Source: Vicinamibacteria bacterium (GTDB lineage: Bacteria; Acidobacteriota; Vicinamibacteria; Marinacidobacterales; Marinacidobacteraceae). From it: a stretch of 64,000 nucleotides of DNA. The stretch's first letter is position 1. Every line of letters starts with the position of its first letter. Of this stretch, positions 8,400 through 16,672 are shown piece after piece. The notes under the pieces are model-generated. The model did no database searches and was not told where the DNA came from. It worked only from the letters and a program-made list of their open reading frames with translations. The position numbers were made by a program, and so were the translations under genes. The stretch lies in assembly GCA_963555995.3 (NCBI GenBank), contig OY821641.1, forward strand, positions 1,696,001-1,760,000. Direction: 5' to 3'.

Positions 8400-9356
8400 C
8401 TATACGAACGTCTCTACATACCGCGGGTGATACCGCAGGAGTTCCTTGTAAGTGCTGATCTCGTCCGGCCCGATACCCAGCGCGTGGAGTTGTCCAATCT
8501 GTTTCGCATTCTTCCTAGGTGCGGTTGCCGCGAGGTCGAGGAGGCCACGTTCCTTCTCCGTGTAGTTGAACTGTCCAATGCTGTACAGATCGTTCGCGCT
8601 CGCTGCGAGAAAGGGCATCCGCTCCTCGAGGCGCCCCACCAACCGTTCACACCGATCTCGACTGTCGAATACGCCGCCCAGAGTGATCATTTCGACGCTG
8701 TCCCGATACCGGACCCGAAAGAACATCCGGAACACTCCATCCTTTCGTCCCCTGAATCCTCTCCGAAGAGCCGACGAAAGGACCTTATCCGCCGCCTGCC
8801 AGAACCCGGAGTCCTCCACATCCGCCACTTTAAGGGAAACAGCGAAGTCTCCCAGCGTCGTTCTCAATTCGGCGAGTCGGTACGCCGTCCCTTCCCGTCG
8901 CAAGTGTTTGGGTGGACGCGCGTCCACGGTAACGAACACGAAGTCTCCAGCGGTGGCCTTCCTTCCAAGAGAAACTACGTCATTCGTTATGCGAGGTCCG
9001 ATGCACGCATCGTAGTCGAGCCAATAGATGCTTCCTCCTGTCGTCCGATCCTCCAGAAGGAAGTCCCCGACACTCCGGTTGTTGACGCTTATGAAACCGA
9101 ACGGACGGTTGAACTCCGCCCTGTGGAACATCTGACGGTCATGTTCCAGGCTCACCATCCGCTCGATCCGGAAGTACTTGTGCATGATCCTGAAATCGTA
9201 AAACCGGTTGCCTCCCATCCCGACATATCGGTACGAAGAAAGGTCGAATCCTACCTCCGTCGCCGTCGCCAGGCAATCCACCATCATGCGTCGCTCGCGC
9301 TGCTTCGCGGGCCGAAGATCGTAAGAGATGCCCCTAGCGCTCGAGTCTGACGCCAT
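8400..9356 (-). CDS. Putative SAM-dependent (O-)methyltransferase-fold protein
   Basis: N-terminal 'YDLRPAKQRERRMM', SAM-loop-like 'YVGMGG', acidic 'VSLE' at the end of beta2, 'IYWLDYD', 'YRDSVEMITLGG'. Resembles the family I recall as Methyltransf_35. Confidence 0.65.
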   Translation of the reverse strand: MASDSSARGISYDLRPAKQRERRMMVDCLATATEVGFDLSSYRYVGMGGNRFYDFRIMHKYFRIERMVSLEHDRQMFHRAEFNRPFGFISVNNRSVGDFLLEDRTTGGSIYWLDYDACIGPRITNDVVSLGRKATAGDFVFVTVDARPPKHLRREGTAYRLAELRTTLGDFAVSLKVADVEDSGFWQAADKVLSSALRRGFRGRKDGVFRMFFRVRYRDSVEMITLGGVFDSRDRCERLVGRLEERMPFLAASANDLYSIGQFNYTEKERGLLDLAATAPRKNAKQIGQLHALGIGPDEISTYKELLRYHPRYVETFV

Positions 9357-10691
9357 CTAGTCCTCGCGGACTTCGTTACGAAGAAAGAAACGAAACGTAT
9401 GTCGACCCACCTGAGCCCCGCTCATATCGGGTCGTGACAAGTATCTGGCAATCTTGAGGACTTGGCTCCATTTGGCGTTGTATTGAATCTTGATGTTGTC
9501 ATCCGTCATCGAAACAGGCGGTTTTTGGAATGGCCTAGCTTCTCCAACGGACGCACGGATGGCGTCCACTGGTTTCTCCCCGTCAAGCCCCAGCTCCGCC
9601 AGCGTAAAGTCGGATCCCTTAGTGGGATAGCGGCTGTCCAGAAAAGCGATAACGGACCTACCCACCGTGCCCATGCACAGCTTTGTGGACTGCCAGACGG
9701 CACTATCCTCGTTGATCCTCGACTTCGTCGTATCCCATGGCAAGTGGTCCGGGTATCGGGACACGAAATGAACCATCCCCAGGAAAGGCCGGTGTTTGGG
9801 CTGGAAGATGGGCAGGCCGTTGTTCTGCCATCCGGTCAACGCGGTCTTGTCCGCACTGATGACGGCTCTCCCGTTGCAGAAGACAAACCAACCGGCTCCG
9901 GCATCGCGGTACTGCTTGCCCTCGGGCGTACCCAGACCTGCCAGCACCGTATACGTCACACCCTCTTCGGAACCGCTGTCCCTGGCTGTGTGTTTGCTGA
10001 AGCCCAACTCCGTGGACGTGACTCTCTCGCCATTAACGAAAATTCGAACGAATTTCTTCAGGAAATAGGCATACGTGGCGGCGATACGGGTCTTTAGATT
10101 GGCCTCGAACGCCTCGTCCAGACGGCTGGCCGTTTCGTGATGGAGCTCGGTAATGACGATTCTCGTGCCACACTCGTTGGCGCTGGCCGCTGGTCGCTCG
10201 GAAATCGGAAATTGCCAGCGGGGCTCATTCTTCTTCGACCACTCATCCACATCCAGATCGAGTTCAAAGCCACCCGATTCATGATCCGATTCGACCTTCA
10301 CGCGGCGCCCGGCTTTGAAAAACGCCCGCTTGAGCCCGAGTCCATAGACCGACAGCCGGTCGGTGTCACTGTCTGTATCGGCGGAACGTCCGAATCGGAA
10401 CACATGTTTCGACGCTGCGGTCAGCGAGATGCCAGGGGCCGTGTCCGTGATGGAAATCCGATCACTTGAGAAAACGATCCTGATGTTCGTTTGCGGCTGG
10501 ACCGTGGCGTCATCGAGCACCTTGACATAGTCCTCAGCCGTCTGGAGGCGGTCCGCGAATGGCGCCACGGCAGCGTTGACCGAGTTGTCAATCAGGTCGA
10601 GAAAGGCAGCTTCCAGCGAAATGTCCCGCGTCAGGAGCGAGATGAAGAGCCGTTTTTCCGGGCTCGCGTCGGCGAAGTCCGTAGCAGTCAT
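9357..10691 (-). CDS. GHKL (MORC/HATPase_c_3-like) ATPase
   Basis: Bergerat motifs 'DLIDNSVNA', 'DTAPGI', 'VYGLGLK', 'GTRIVI'; S5-like 'GWFVFCNGRAV' and 'LPWDTTK'. Start ATG 10691. Confidence 0.85.
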   Translation of the reverse strand: MTATDFADASPEKRLFISLLTRDISLEAAFLDLIDNSVNAAVAPFADRLQTAEDYVKVLDDATVQPQTNIRIVFSSDRISITDTAPGISLTAASKHVFRFGRSADTDSDTDRLSVYGLGLKRAFFKAGRRVKVESDHESGGFELDLDVDEWSKKNEPRWQFPISERPAASANECGTRIVITELHHETASRLDEAFEANLKTRIAATYAYFLKKFVRIFVNGERVTSTELGFSKHTARDSGSEEGVTYTVLAGLGTPEGKQYRDAGAGWFVFCNGRAVISADKTALTGWQNNGLPIFQPKHRPFLGMVHFVSRYPDHLPWDTTKSRINEDSAVWQSTKLCMGTVGRSVIAFLDSRYPTKGSDFTLAELGLDGEKPVDAIRASVGEARPFQKPPVSMTDDNIKIQYNAKWSQVLKIARYLSRPDMSGAQVGRHTFRFFLRNEVRED

Positions 10692-10704
10692 TGGGTAGTT
10701 CCGG

Positions 10705-11622
10705 CTAGTGCATCGCGAAGTGAGGCGGCGCAAGCGCCACCGATTCGTTGGGCGTCGGCACTCGGACAGGACGATCCGGGCGATACCGAAGGGATTCGCT
10801 GGCGAGCGCCTGAAGGCGCGCGGTGGCGAGTTTCGTGTACTTGTCCGAGATGTCGCACCCGATGAAGTCACGCTTCTCGAGGAGCGCGGCGGCAGCGGTC
10901 GTTCCCGATCCCAGGAATGGATCCGCGGCAGTGCCGTCTTCGGGACACAGCGCCACGATCAGCCGTCTTGCGAGCGCGATGGGAAACTGGCACGGGTGGT
11001 CCGTCTTCTCCACGTGATTGGCCTTGACGTTCGGGATGTCCCAGACGGCACCGATGTCCCAGACGTCGCCCGGGTTCTTCCCGAGCGGGTTCCCGCTGAA
11101 CTTGCCCTTGTTCGGGCCCTTGTAGTGTTTCTTGCCCGGATACTTCTGCGGAACGCGTGCGGCATCCAGGTCGAAGAAGTAGTCATCGCCCTTGGTGTAC
11201 CACAGGATCGTTTCGTGCCGGCCGCTGAACCGGCGGCGCAGGTGCGTGCCGTGGGAGAACGTCCAGATGATGCGATTGCGGAGGACGAACGATGCTCCGC
11301 GGTCCATCGCACGCGCCACGGTGTGATCGAGGGGAAGCAGTTGGTTGTCCCGGACATGGTTGCCCAACTGCCAACACAGGCTGCCGCCGGGCCGCAACAC
11401 CTTGCCGATCACCGGGATCAGCGCGTCAATCTTCTCCTCGAAGTCCGAGGCATCGGTGGATTCGTCGTATTCCTTGCCGATGAAGTAGGGTGGAGACGTC
11501 AGCAGGAGACTGATGGATTCGTCGGGAATCGTGCCGAGGAATTCGAGGCAGTCGGCGGTCGCGATGGTCGCGGTCCTTCCGTTGAAGGACGTCGTGGAGA
11601 TGTTCGGTGGGCTGGGAAGCAT
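10705..11622 (-). CDS. Site-specific DNA methyltransferase (N4-C/N6-A, beta class)
   Basis: Motif IV 'TSPPY' precedes motif I 'DPFLGSGTT'; also 'HPCQFP' and 'GKNPGDVW'. Start ATG 11622. Confidence 0.9.
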   Translation of the reverse strand: MLPSPPNISTTSFNGRTATIATADCLEFLGTIPDESISLLLTSPPYFIGKEYDESTDASDFEEKIDALIPVIGKVLRPGGSLCWQLGNHVRDNQLLPLDHTVARAMDRGASFVLRNRIIWTFSHGTHLRRRFSGRHETILWYTKGDDYFFDLDAARVPQKYPGKKHYKGPNKGKFSGNPLGKNPGDVWDIGAVWDIPNVKANHVEKTDHPCQFPIALARRLIVALCPEDGTAADPFLGSGTTAAAALLEKRDFIGCDISDKYTKLATARLQALASESLRYRPDRPVRVPTPNESVALAPPHFAMH

Positions 11623-12070
11623 CGTCCGGGGCGGCGGGACGAAGTGTAGGGCATGACTTCGGATGGAGGGGCCATCCGGTGATTCCGGCCGGCCGTCGGC
11701 GTGCTCGCGCTGGTCCGCTGACCGTCGTGATGGCCGTGTGCGGCCTGGGTGGCCGGCCGAAAGCGCCACTCGTCAAGGCAGACACGCGCTGCGGGGTAAC
11801 ACAGCGCGTGGCGTGGCCGATTCCGGTGGCGTGGTCTCGACCGGGAGCAGCGGGCCGGCGCCCGGACGGACCGGGACGTGGGTCCCGCGTTCACGGGGAG
11901 GAGCGCCTTCGGGGCGGGTTTCACGCTGCCGCGCGATGCCAGCCAGAGGCTGGCGCTCCGACGCGGACCTCCCCCCGGAGACCGGCGTTAGCGACCGGAC
12001 CTCCATCCCGTTGGGACGAACCGGAGCGACACCGTGTTGCACGGCCCGGGGATGGCGACCCGACATCGGT

Positions 12071-12090
12071 TGCCATAATCGGTTATGGCA
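12071..12090. promoter_or_regulatory. Palindromic operator upstream of vapBC
   Basis: TGCCATAA-TCGG-TTATGGCA, a perfect 8-bp inverted repeat 14 bp before the antitoxin start. Confidence 0.65.
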
Positions 12091-12104
12091 TACCTGTTAT
12101 CCTC

Positions 12105-12344
12105 ATGGCTCAGCGGGACGCGATGAAGGAAACGACCACGAAAATCACCGTCCATATCCCGACGGACCTTCTGCAGCAGGCGCGCTCGATTACGGGCGAA
12201 GGCGTGACGAGCACCGTGCGCCGTGGTCTTCGGCAGATCGCCTCCGTCCACGCGCAACAGGAGCTGCGGAAACTGCGCGGGCGGGTGCCGATCTCGCTGG
12301 ATCTTGAGAAGCTGCGCGAAGATCGGGATCCGGACCACCGGTGA
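12105..12344 (+). CDS. vapB: Type II TA antitoxin (VapB-like, RHH)
   Basis: 'TKITVHIPTDLLQQARSITG...STVRRGL...LDLEKLREDR'; its stop overlaps the PIN gene start (GTGA). Confidence 0.75.
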   Translation: MAQRDAMKETTTKITVHIPTDLLQQARSITGEGVTSTVRRGLRQIASVHAQQELRKLRGRVPISLDLEKLREDRDPDHR

Positions 12345-12715
12345 TCGCCGCCGATTCGAGTTCCCTGAGCGCGCTGTTTCGGGGTGACGACGGCCCCGAT
12401 GTCGAGCTGCTGGACCAGGCGCTGGCCCAGGGGATGGTCGTGTTACCGCCGGTCGTACTGACGGAGATCCTGAGCTATCCGGTCCTCGAGTCGGAGGTGG
12501 CGGACCTGATCCGCGATCTTTCCCTGCTGGAGACTCATCCGGGCTTCTGGGAGCGTGCCGCCCGGCTGCGCGCGGGCATCCTGATGCGGGGCCTCCGGGC
12601 GCGGCTGGCGGATACCCTGATCTCCCAGAGCTGCCTGGATCACGAAGTGCCGCTGATCACTCGCGACAGGGACTTTCGGCACTTCGCGGAGCATTCCGGC
12701 CTGGTTCTCCTCTAG
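12341..12715 (+). CDS. vapC: PIN-domain toxin (VapC-like)
   Basis: 'IAADSS', 'VLTEIL', 'LADTLI', 'LITRDRDF' PIN acidic residues. Confidence 0.9.
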   Translation: MIAADSSSLSALFRGDDGPDVELLDQALAQGMVVLPPVVLTEILSYPVLESEVADLIRDLSLLETHPGFWERAARLRAGILMRGLRARLADTLISQSCLDHEVPLITRDRDFRHFAEHSGLVLL

Positions 12716-12817
12716 CGGACCCACGATCCCCGGGCGCCGGCGGCGCTCGACGAGGACCGGAGCGACACCGGCGGACCGGAGCGGATGCGCTACGCTAGCC
12801 TGCGGTTCGGGGAACAC

Positions 12818-13108
12818 ATGCCAGAGATCACGCTGCGAGCGAATTTCCACCGTGAACGCGATCAGTGGATCGGATGGTGTCCGGACCTCGATGTGACCAC
12901 CCAGGGCGACACGCGCGGGGAAGCCGAAGAGAACCTGCGGGAAGCCGTCAATCTCTTCCTCGAAACGTGTCAAGCGATGGGAACCTTGGAAGACGTGTTG
13001 CGCGAGGCCGGACTGCTCCCCCCACCCGAGGTGAAGACCTTCCGGATTCCCGTGCCCTGGCTCGTGGATTCGCAGAAGGACACCCGTGCCTCGGCTCCAG
13101 CCCGTTAG
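12818..13108 (+). CDS. hicB: HicB-family antitoxin
   Basis: 'CPDLDVTTQGDTRGEAEENLREAVNLFLE'. Confidence 0.85.
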   Translation: MPEITLRANFHRERDQWIGWCPDLDVTTQGDTRGEAEENLREAVNLFLETCQAMGTLEDVLREAGLLPPPEVKTFRIPVPWLVDSQKDTRASAPAR

Positions 13109-13322
13109 GGTCGAAATCCTGATCAGGGTCTTCGAGGCCGATGGGTGGGCGCGCGCCCGACAGCGGGGTTCGCACTTGAGCATGACCAAACCGGGCCACA
13201 AGCGTCCGGTGGTCATCATCACGAGCAAGAAGGAAGCGGAGACCTGGCTGATCCGAACAAATCTCAGAACAGCCCGGATGAGCCGGGACCGGTACTTCGC
13301 ACTCCTGGAACAAGTTCGCTAG
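13086..13322 (+). CDS. hicA: HicA-family toxin
   Basis: 'GWARARQRGSHLSM.K' dsRBD-like HicA motif; overlaps hicB. Confidence 0.85.
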   Translation: MPRLQPVRVEILIRVFEADGWARARQRGSHLSMTKPGHKRPVVIITSKKEAETWLIRTNLRTARMSRDRYFALLEQVR

Positions 13323-13356
13323 CCCGGACTGCTTTTCGCTGCGCTGCGCGCACCGA

Positions 13357-13380
13357 TGCCGGTGTGAACACCGGCGCTCC
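13357..13380 (-). repeat. REP-like palindrome (right arm, GTGTTCAC variant)
   Basis: tgccggtgtgaacaccggcgctcc is the reverse complement of 4327-4350. Confidence 0.8.
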
Positions 13381-13405
13381 TGCTGGCGACCTGCTGGCGC
13401 CTTGA

Positions 13406-15973
13406 TCAGCGGCCCGGGAGGCGCCGTTTTCCGGAAGCGTTCGCGCCACCGATGGGCGAGCCCGGCGGCCGCTCCGGCCGGCTGGCGTTCGGGTCGAGGC
13501 TCTCGTCGCGGTCCGCGAAGCGGCGGATGTCGGCCACGGCGAGCGTCTCGTGCGGCGTCGCGTCGCTCATGTCGGCGAGCGTCCGGCCGAGGGCCATCAG
13601 GCGGTCCTCGATGACCGCGCGCACCCGCGCCGGGTTGTCGGGGTTCATGGCCTCCCGCATCATGCCGTTCAGGACGCTGCGCTCCGCCGCGTCCTGCACC
13701 ATGCGGCGGTAGCTGCCGTCCGGCTCCGCGTTGCCCCAGGTCTTCTCGACCAGCCGGTCGAGGACCTCCGCCAGCCCCGGCTGGTCCGGGTCGAGCGCGT
13801 GGTTGTTCACGAGGCGCGCCATCCGCTCCGGGTGCAGCAGGAGTTCCACGGTGTAGTCGGCCGAGGTGTCCGCGGCGGCGAGCGGGTCGAAGACGAGCCC
13901 GGTGTGGCCGTCGAACCCTTCTCCGCCCGTTTCCCGGTAGGCCGGGGGCGGGATCATCTCGATGATCCGCTCCGGCAGCGCCAGGAAGTCCGTCTCCAGC
14001 GTGTGGAGGACCATCTCCAGCGCCTCCCGCTGGCGCTCGCCCGGCACGGGCGCGACGGGCCGCTGCCCGTCCCCCCGCACCGCGTAGTAGTACTCCTGAC
14101 CGCCGACGGTGTTCAGCGCCGCCTTCATCTGGAAGCGGTGGTGCAGGTAGAGCGGCACCAGCACCGGCTCCAGCAGCGACATGGGTTCGCCCGTCCGGAT
14201 CACGTTCTCCCCGAAGGCGTCGAGGCCGGCCTGCCGGATCTCGATCTCGCGTCCGAGGTGCCGGACCAGGTCCTGGCCGTTGTCCCAGACCGAGGCCAGC
14301 GGATGCGCGCCGGCGCCGATGTAGTTGTCGGTGTGGGCCATGAACCGGGTCTCGGACATCAGTCCTTCCTGCATGATGGCGTCGAGCCGCGCCGCGGTCT
14401 CTTCCGGCGGGAAGTGGCCGTAGGCCCAGCGGACCGAGAGGATGTCGTAGGAGCCGATCCCGACCCCGTAGGCGTCGTCGAGCTTCACCACCCCGTCCTC
14501 GAGGACCGCGAGCGGCGCCGGGTAGTCCATGACGCTCGCCCGGCCGCCGTAGGTGGAGGCCATGTAGTTGTGCGGGAACCCGATGGCGTGTCCCACTTCG
14601 TGCGCCGAGAGCTGCGCCACCCGCGCGAGCGCCAGGTCCACCGGGGTGGCCCCCTCGCCCACCTGCGCGAGGTAGGAGAAGCCCGGCGCCGCCGAGAGCC
14701 CGCAGGAGTGCGGCCCGTCGGGGTCCGGCGGCAGGCCGACCGGCAGCGCGCCGGAGGCCGCGTCGAAGGGGGCCACCATGCCCACCCCGAGGAGGTGGTC
14801 CTGCCTGAGCCGCAGGCTGCCCAGGTTCACGTTGCCCTTGATGATCTCGCCGGTCCGGGGGTCCCGGACGCCCCCGCCGTAGGACCAGCCGCGGGTGCGC
14901 CGGTGGGTCCAGTGGATCATGTTGTAGCGGATGTCCTGGGCGTCAGCGCCCTCCGGCAGCCGTTCGACCTGGAACGCGTTGATGAACCCGGCGGCCTCGA
15001 ACGCCTCGTTCCACCAGCGCGCCCCCTCGATCAGCGCCGTCCGCACCGGCTCGGGGACCCCGCGGTCGAGGTAATAGACGATCGGTTCCACGACCTCCGA
15101 ACGCTCCGCGGAGGGGTCCACCTTGTGGAGGCGGTGGCGGGAGGCCAGCCGCACCGTCATCGGCTGGTCAATCGGGGTCGCGTAGTCCATGTAGGTCGGG
15201 CCGCCCACCCCGATGCGGGGATCGGCCACCCGGATCTCGAATCCCGGCCCGGGCAGGCGCACGAACGAGTGGTGGTGCCGGAGCGTCACCGCGTCCCCGC
15301 TGGAGGCAACCCCCGAGACCAGCCGACCCGGGTTGTCGCTCGTGAAGGTCAGCATCGTCTCGACTTCGGTGTTGTCGGGGAAACCCTTGGTGTTCTCCAG
15401 GTAGAAGACGCTGCGGCTCCGGTCGAGCCGGAAGGTCCCCTGCCCGGCCCGCGCGATCCGCGCCGCCGAGCCGTGGGCGTCCCGCAGGAGGAAATCGGTC
15501 ATGTCCACCAGCACCCGCTCGCCGGTCTCGGCCGCGACCTCGAACCCCCAGTGCACGGAAGGGGCGAACGCGTCGCGGACGGCGCGAATCTCGTCGGGGT
15601 TGTCGCTTACGGCGCGGTAGCTGTAGTTCGGCTCCATGAGCAGGATGCGCGGGCCGACGCGGACCGGCATCAGCACCGCGCGGCGGCTGATCTGCCCCCG
15701 GTCGAGGCCGATGGGGTTGCTGCCGAGGCCGGACGCGGCGGAGACCGAGTACATGAACTCTTCCTCCATCTCGGCGAACTCCGCGAAGAGGTGTCCGGTG
15801 CGCTCGTCCCAGTAGAGGGACACGAACCCGGAGATCGCGGTCATGCCGGCGGTCTTTTCCTCGATGGTGGGCGGCGTGTCCTGGGCGAGGGCCGGCGCGG
15901 CCACGAGCGCGGCGGCCAACAGCAGGAGGCCCGACCGGAGCAGGAAGCGGGACCGAAGCATCGTCGTCATCAT
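13406..15973 (-). CDS. Secreted zinc-dependent metalloprotease (DUF5117/DUF4953 Met-zincin type)
   Basis: Signal peptide, 'AHEVGHAIGFPHN', 'ASVMDYP' Met-turn. Confidence 0.85.
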   Translation of the reverse strand: MMTTMLRSRFLLRSGLLLLAAALVAAPALAQDTPPTIEEKTAGMTAISGFVSLYWDERTGHLFAEFAEMEEEFMYSVSAASGLGSNPIGLDRGQISRRAVLMPVRVGPRILLMEPNYSYRAVSDNPDEIRAVRDAFAPSVHWGFEVAAETGERVLVDMTDFLLRDAHGSAARIARAGQGTFRLDRSRSVFYLENTKGFPDNTEVETMLTFTSDNPGRLVSGVASSGDAVTLRHHHSFVRLPGPGFEIRVADPRIGVGGPTYMDYATPIDQPMTVRLASRHRLHKVDPSAERSEVVEPIVYYLDRGVPEPVRTALIEGARWWNEAFEAAGFINAFQVERLPEGADAQDIRYNMIHWTHRRTRGWSYGGGVRDPRTGEIIKGNVNLGSLRLRQDHLLGVGMVAPFDAASGALPVGLPPDPDGPHSCGLSAAPGFSYLAQVGEGATPVDLALARVAQLSAHEVGHAIGFPHNYMASTYGGRASVMDYPAPLAVLEDGVVKLDDAYGVGIGSYDILSVRWAYGHFPPEETAARLDAIMQEGLMSETRFMAHTDNYIGAGAHPLASVWDNGQDLVRHLGREIEIRQAGLDAFGENVIRTGEPMSLLEPVLVPLYLHHRFQMKAALNTVGGQEYYYAVRGDGQRPVAPVPGERQREALEMVLHTLETDFLALPERIIEMIPPPAYRETGGEGFDGHTGLVFDPLAAADTSADYTVELLLHPERMARLVNNHALDPDQPGLAEVLDRLVEKTWGNAEPDGSYRRMVQDAAERSVLNGMMREAMNPDNPARVRAVIEDRLMALGRTLADMSDATPHETLAVADIRRFADRDESLDPNASRPERPPGSPIGGANASGKRRLPGR

Positions 15974-16137
15974 GGGGCTCAACCTTTGCGGAGAAAGAAA
16001 GCGCGGCCCCGAATCATGCCGGAAACTCCCGGAGCGCGGCAATACGGGCTGTACGGAGAGCCGGCAGGGACCGCCCGGACTACTCCGACGGGGCCGCGGT
16101 CGGGTGGGCGTGGCGGACGACGCTGGCCTCCGGAAAG

Positions 16138-16368
16138 TCACCACCTTTTGTCGTCATAGAGCTCTTCGCGGGTCCACGGCCCTTCCGAACGGTATCTCTG
16201 CTTCGCCCAAAGCGCTTCGAGCCGCTCGATCACCGACTCCACGTCGTCTTCTCGGGTCAATTCGCTGAGGAAGTCGCAGACAAGCTGATTCAGGCTGGTT
16301 CCCCGGTCGGACGCGATGCGGCGCGCTTCGGCGACAACCCGATCGTCGATGGACAGCGTGATTCTCAT
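16138..16368 (-). CDS. DUF6364/RHH-type antitoxin (orphan)
   Basis: 'MRITLSIDDRVVAEAR..A..RGTSLNQLV.DFL...WTREELYD'. Confidence 0.7.
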   Translation of the reverse strand: MRITLSIDDRVVAEARRIASDRGTSLNQLVCDFLSELTREDDVESVIERLEALWAKQRYRSEGPWTREELYDDKRW

Positions 16369-16405
16369 GCGGACAGAGAATACGTGTGAGCAGCCGCCGC
16401 TCGGG

Positions 16406-16590
16406 CTCGGAGCGCCGGCCTCCGGCCGGCATCGCCGAGCGAAGCGAGGCGAAACGCACGCCGTCGTGGACCCGTATGGCATGAGCGTCGGAGCGCCGTT
16501 TCCGGTTGGGATCGTGCCGTGGGGGTCGGTGGCGGCGCGTGTTTCGCTCCCCTGCGGGGAGCGATGCCGGCCGGAGGCCGGCGCTCCGAG
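16406..16590. repeat. REP doublet (REPIN-like)
   Basis: 30-bp perfect inverted arms ctcggagcgccggcctccggccggcatcgc / gcgatgccggccggaggccggcgctccgag. Confidence 0.85.
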
Positions 16591-16672
16591 GCGGGCCGCC
16601 GGATCCGCCTACTAACGGCAGACTCCAAGCCGGCCCCGCGAAATCCTCGCCGCGCGCCGGTCCCCGGTCCGG

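Noticed and set aside
7872-9350. 492-aa plus-strand ORF
   Set aside because: Overlaps the motif-bearing minus-strand methyltransferase-fold gene; no recognisable domain.
11989-13380. Integron with attC cassettes
   Set aside because: I could not identify RYYYAAC/GTTRRRY attC boxes or an integron integrase; retained only as a shared-motif finding.
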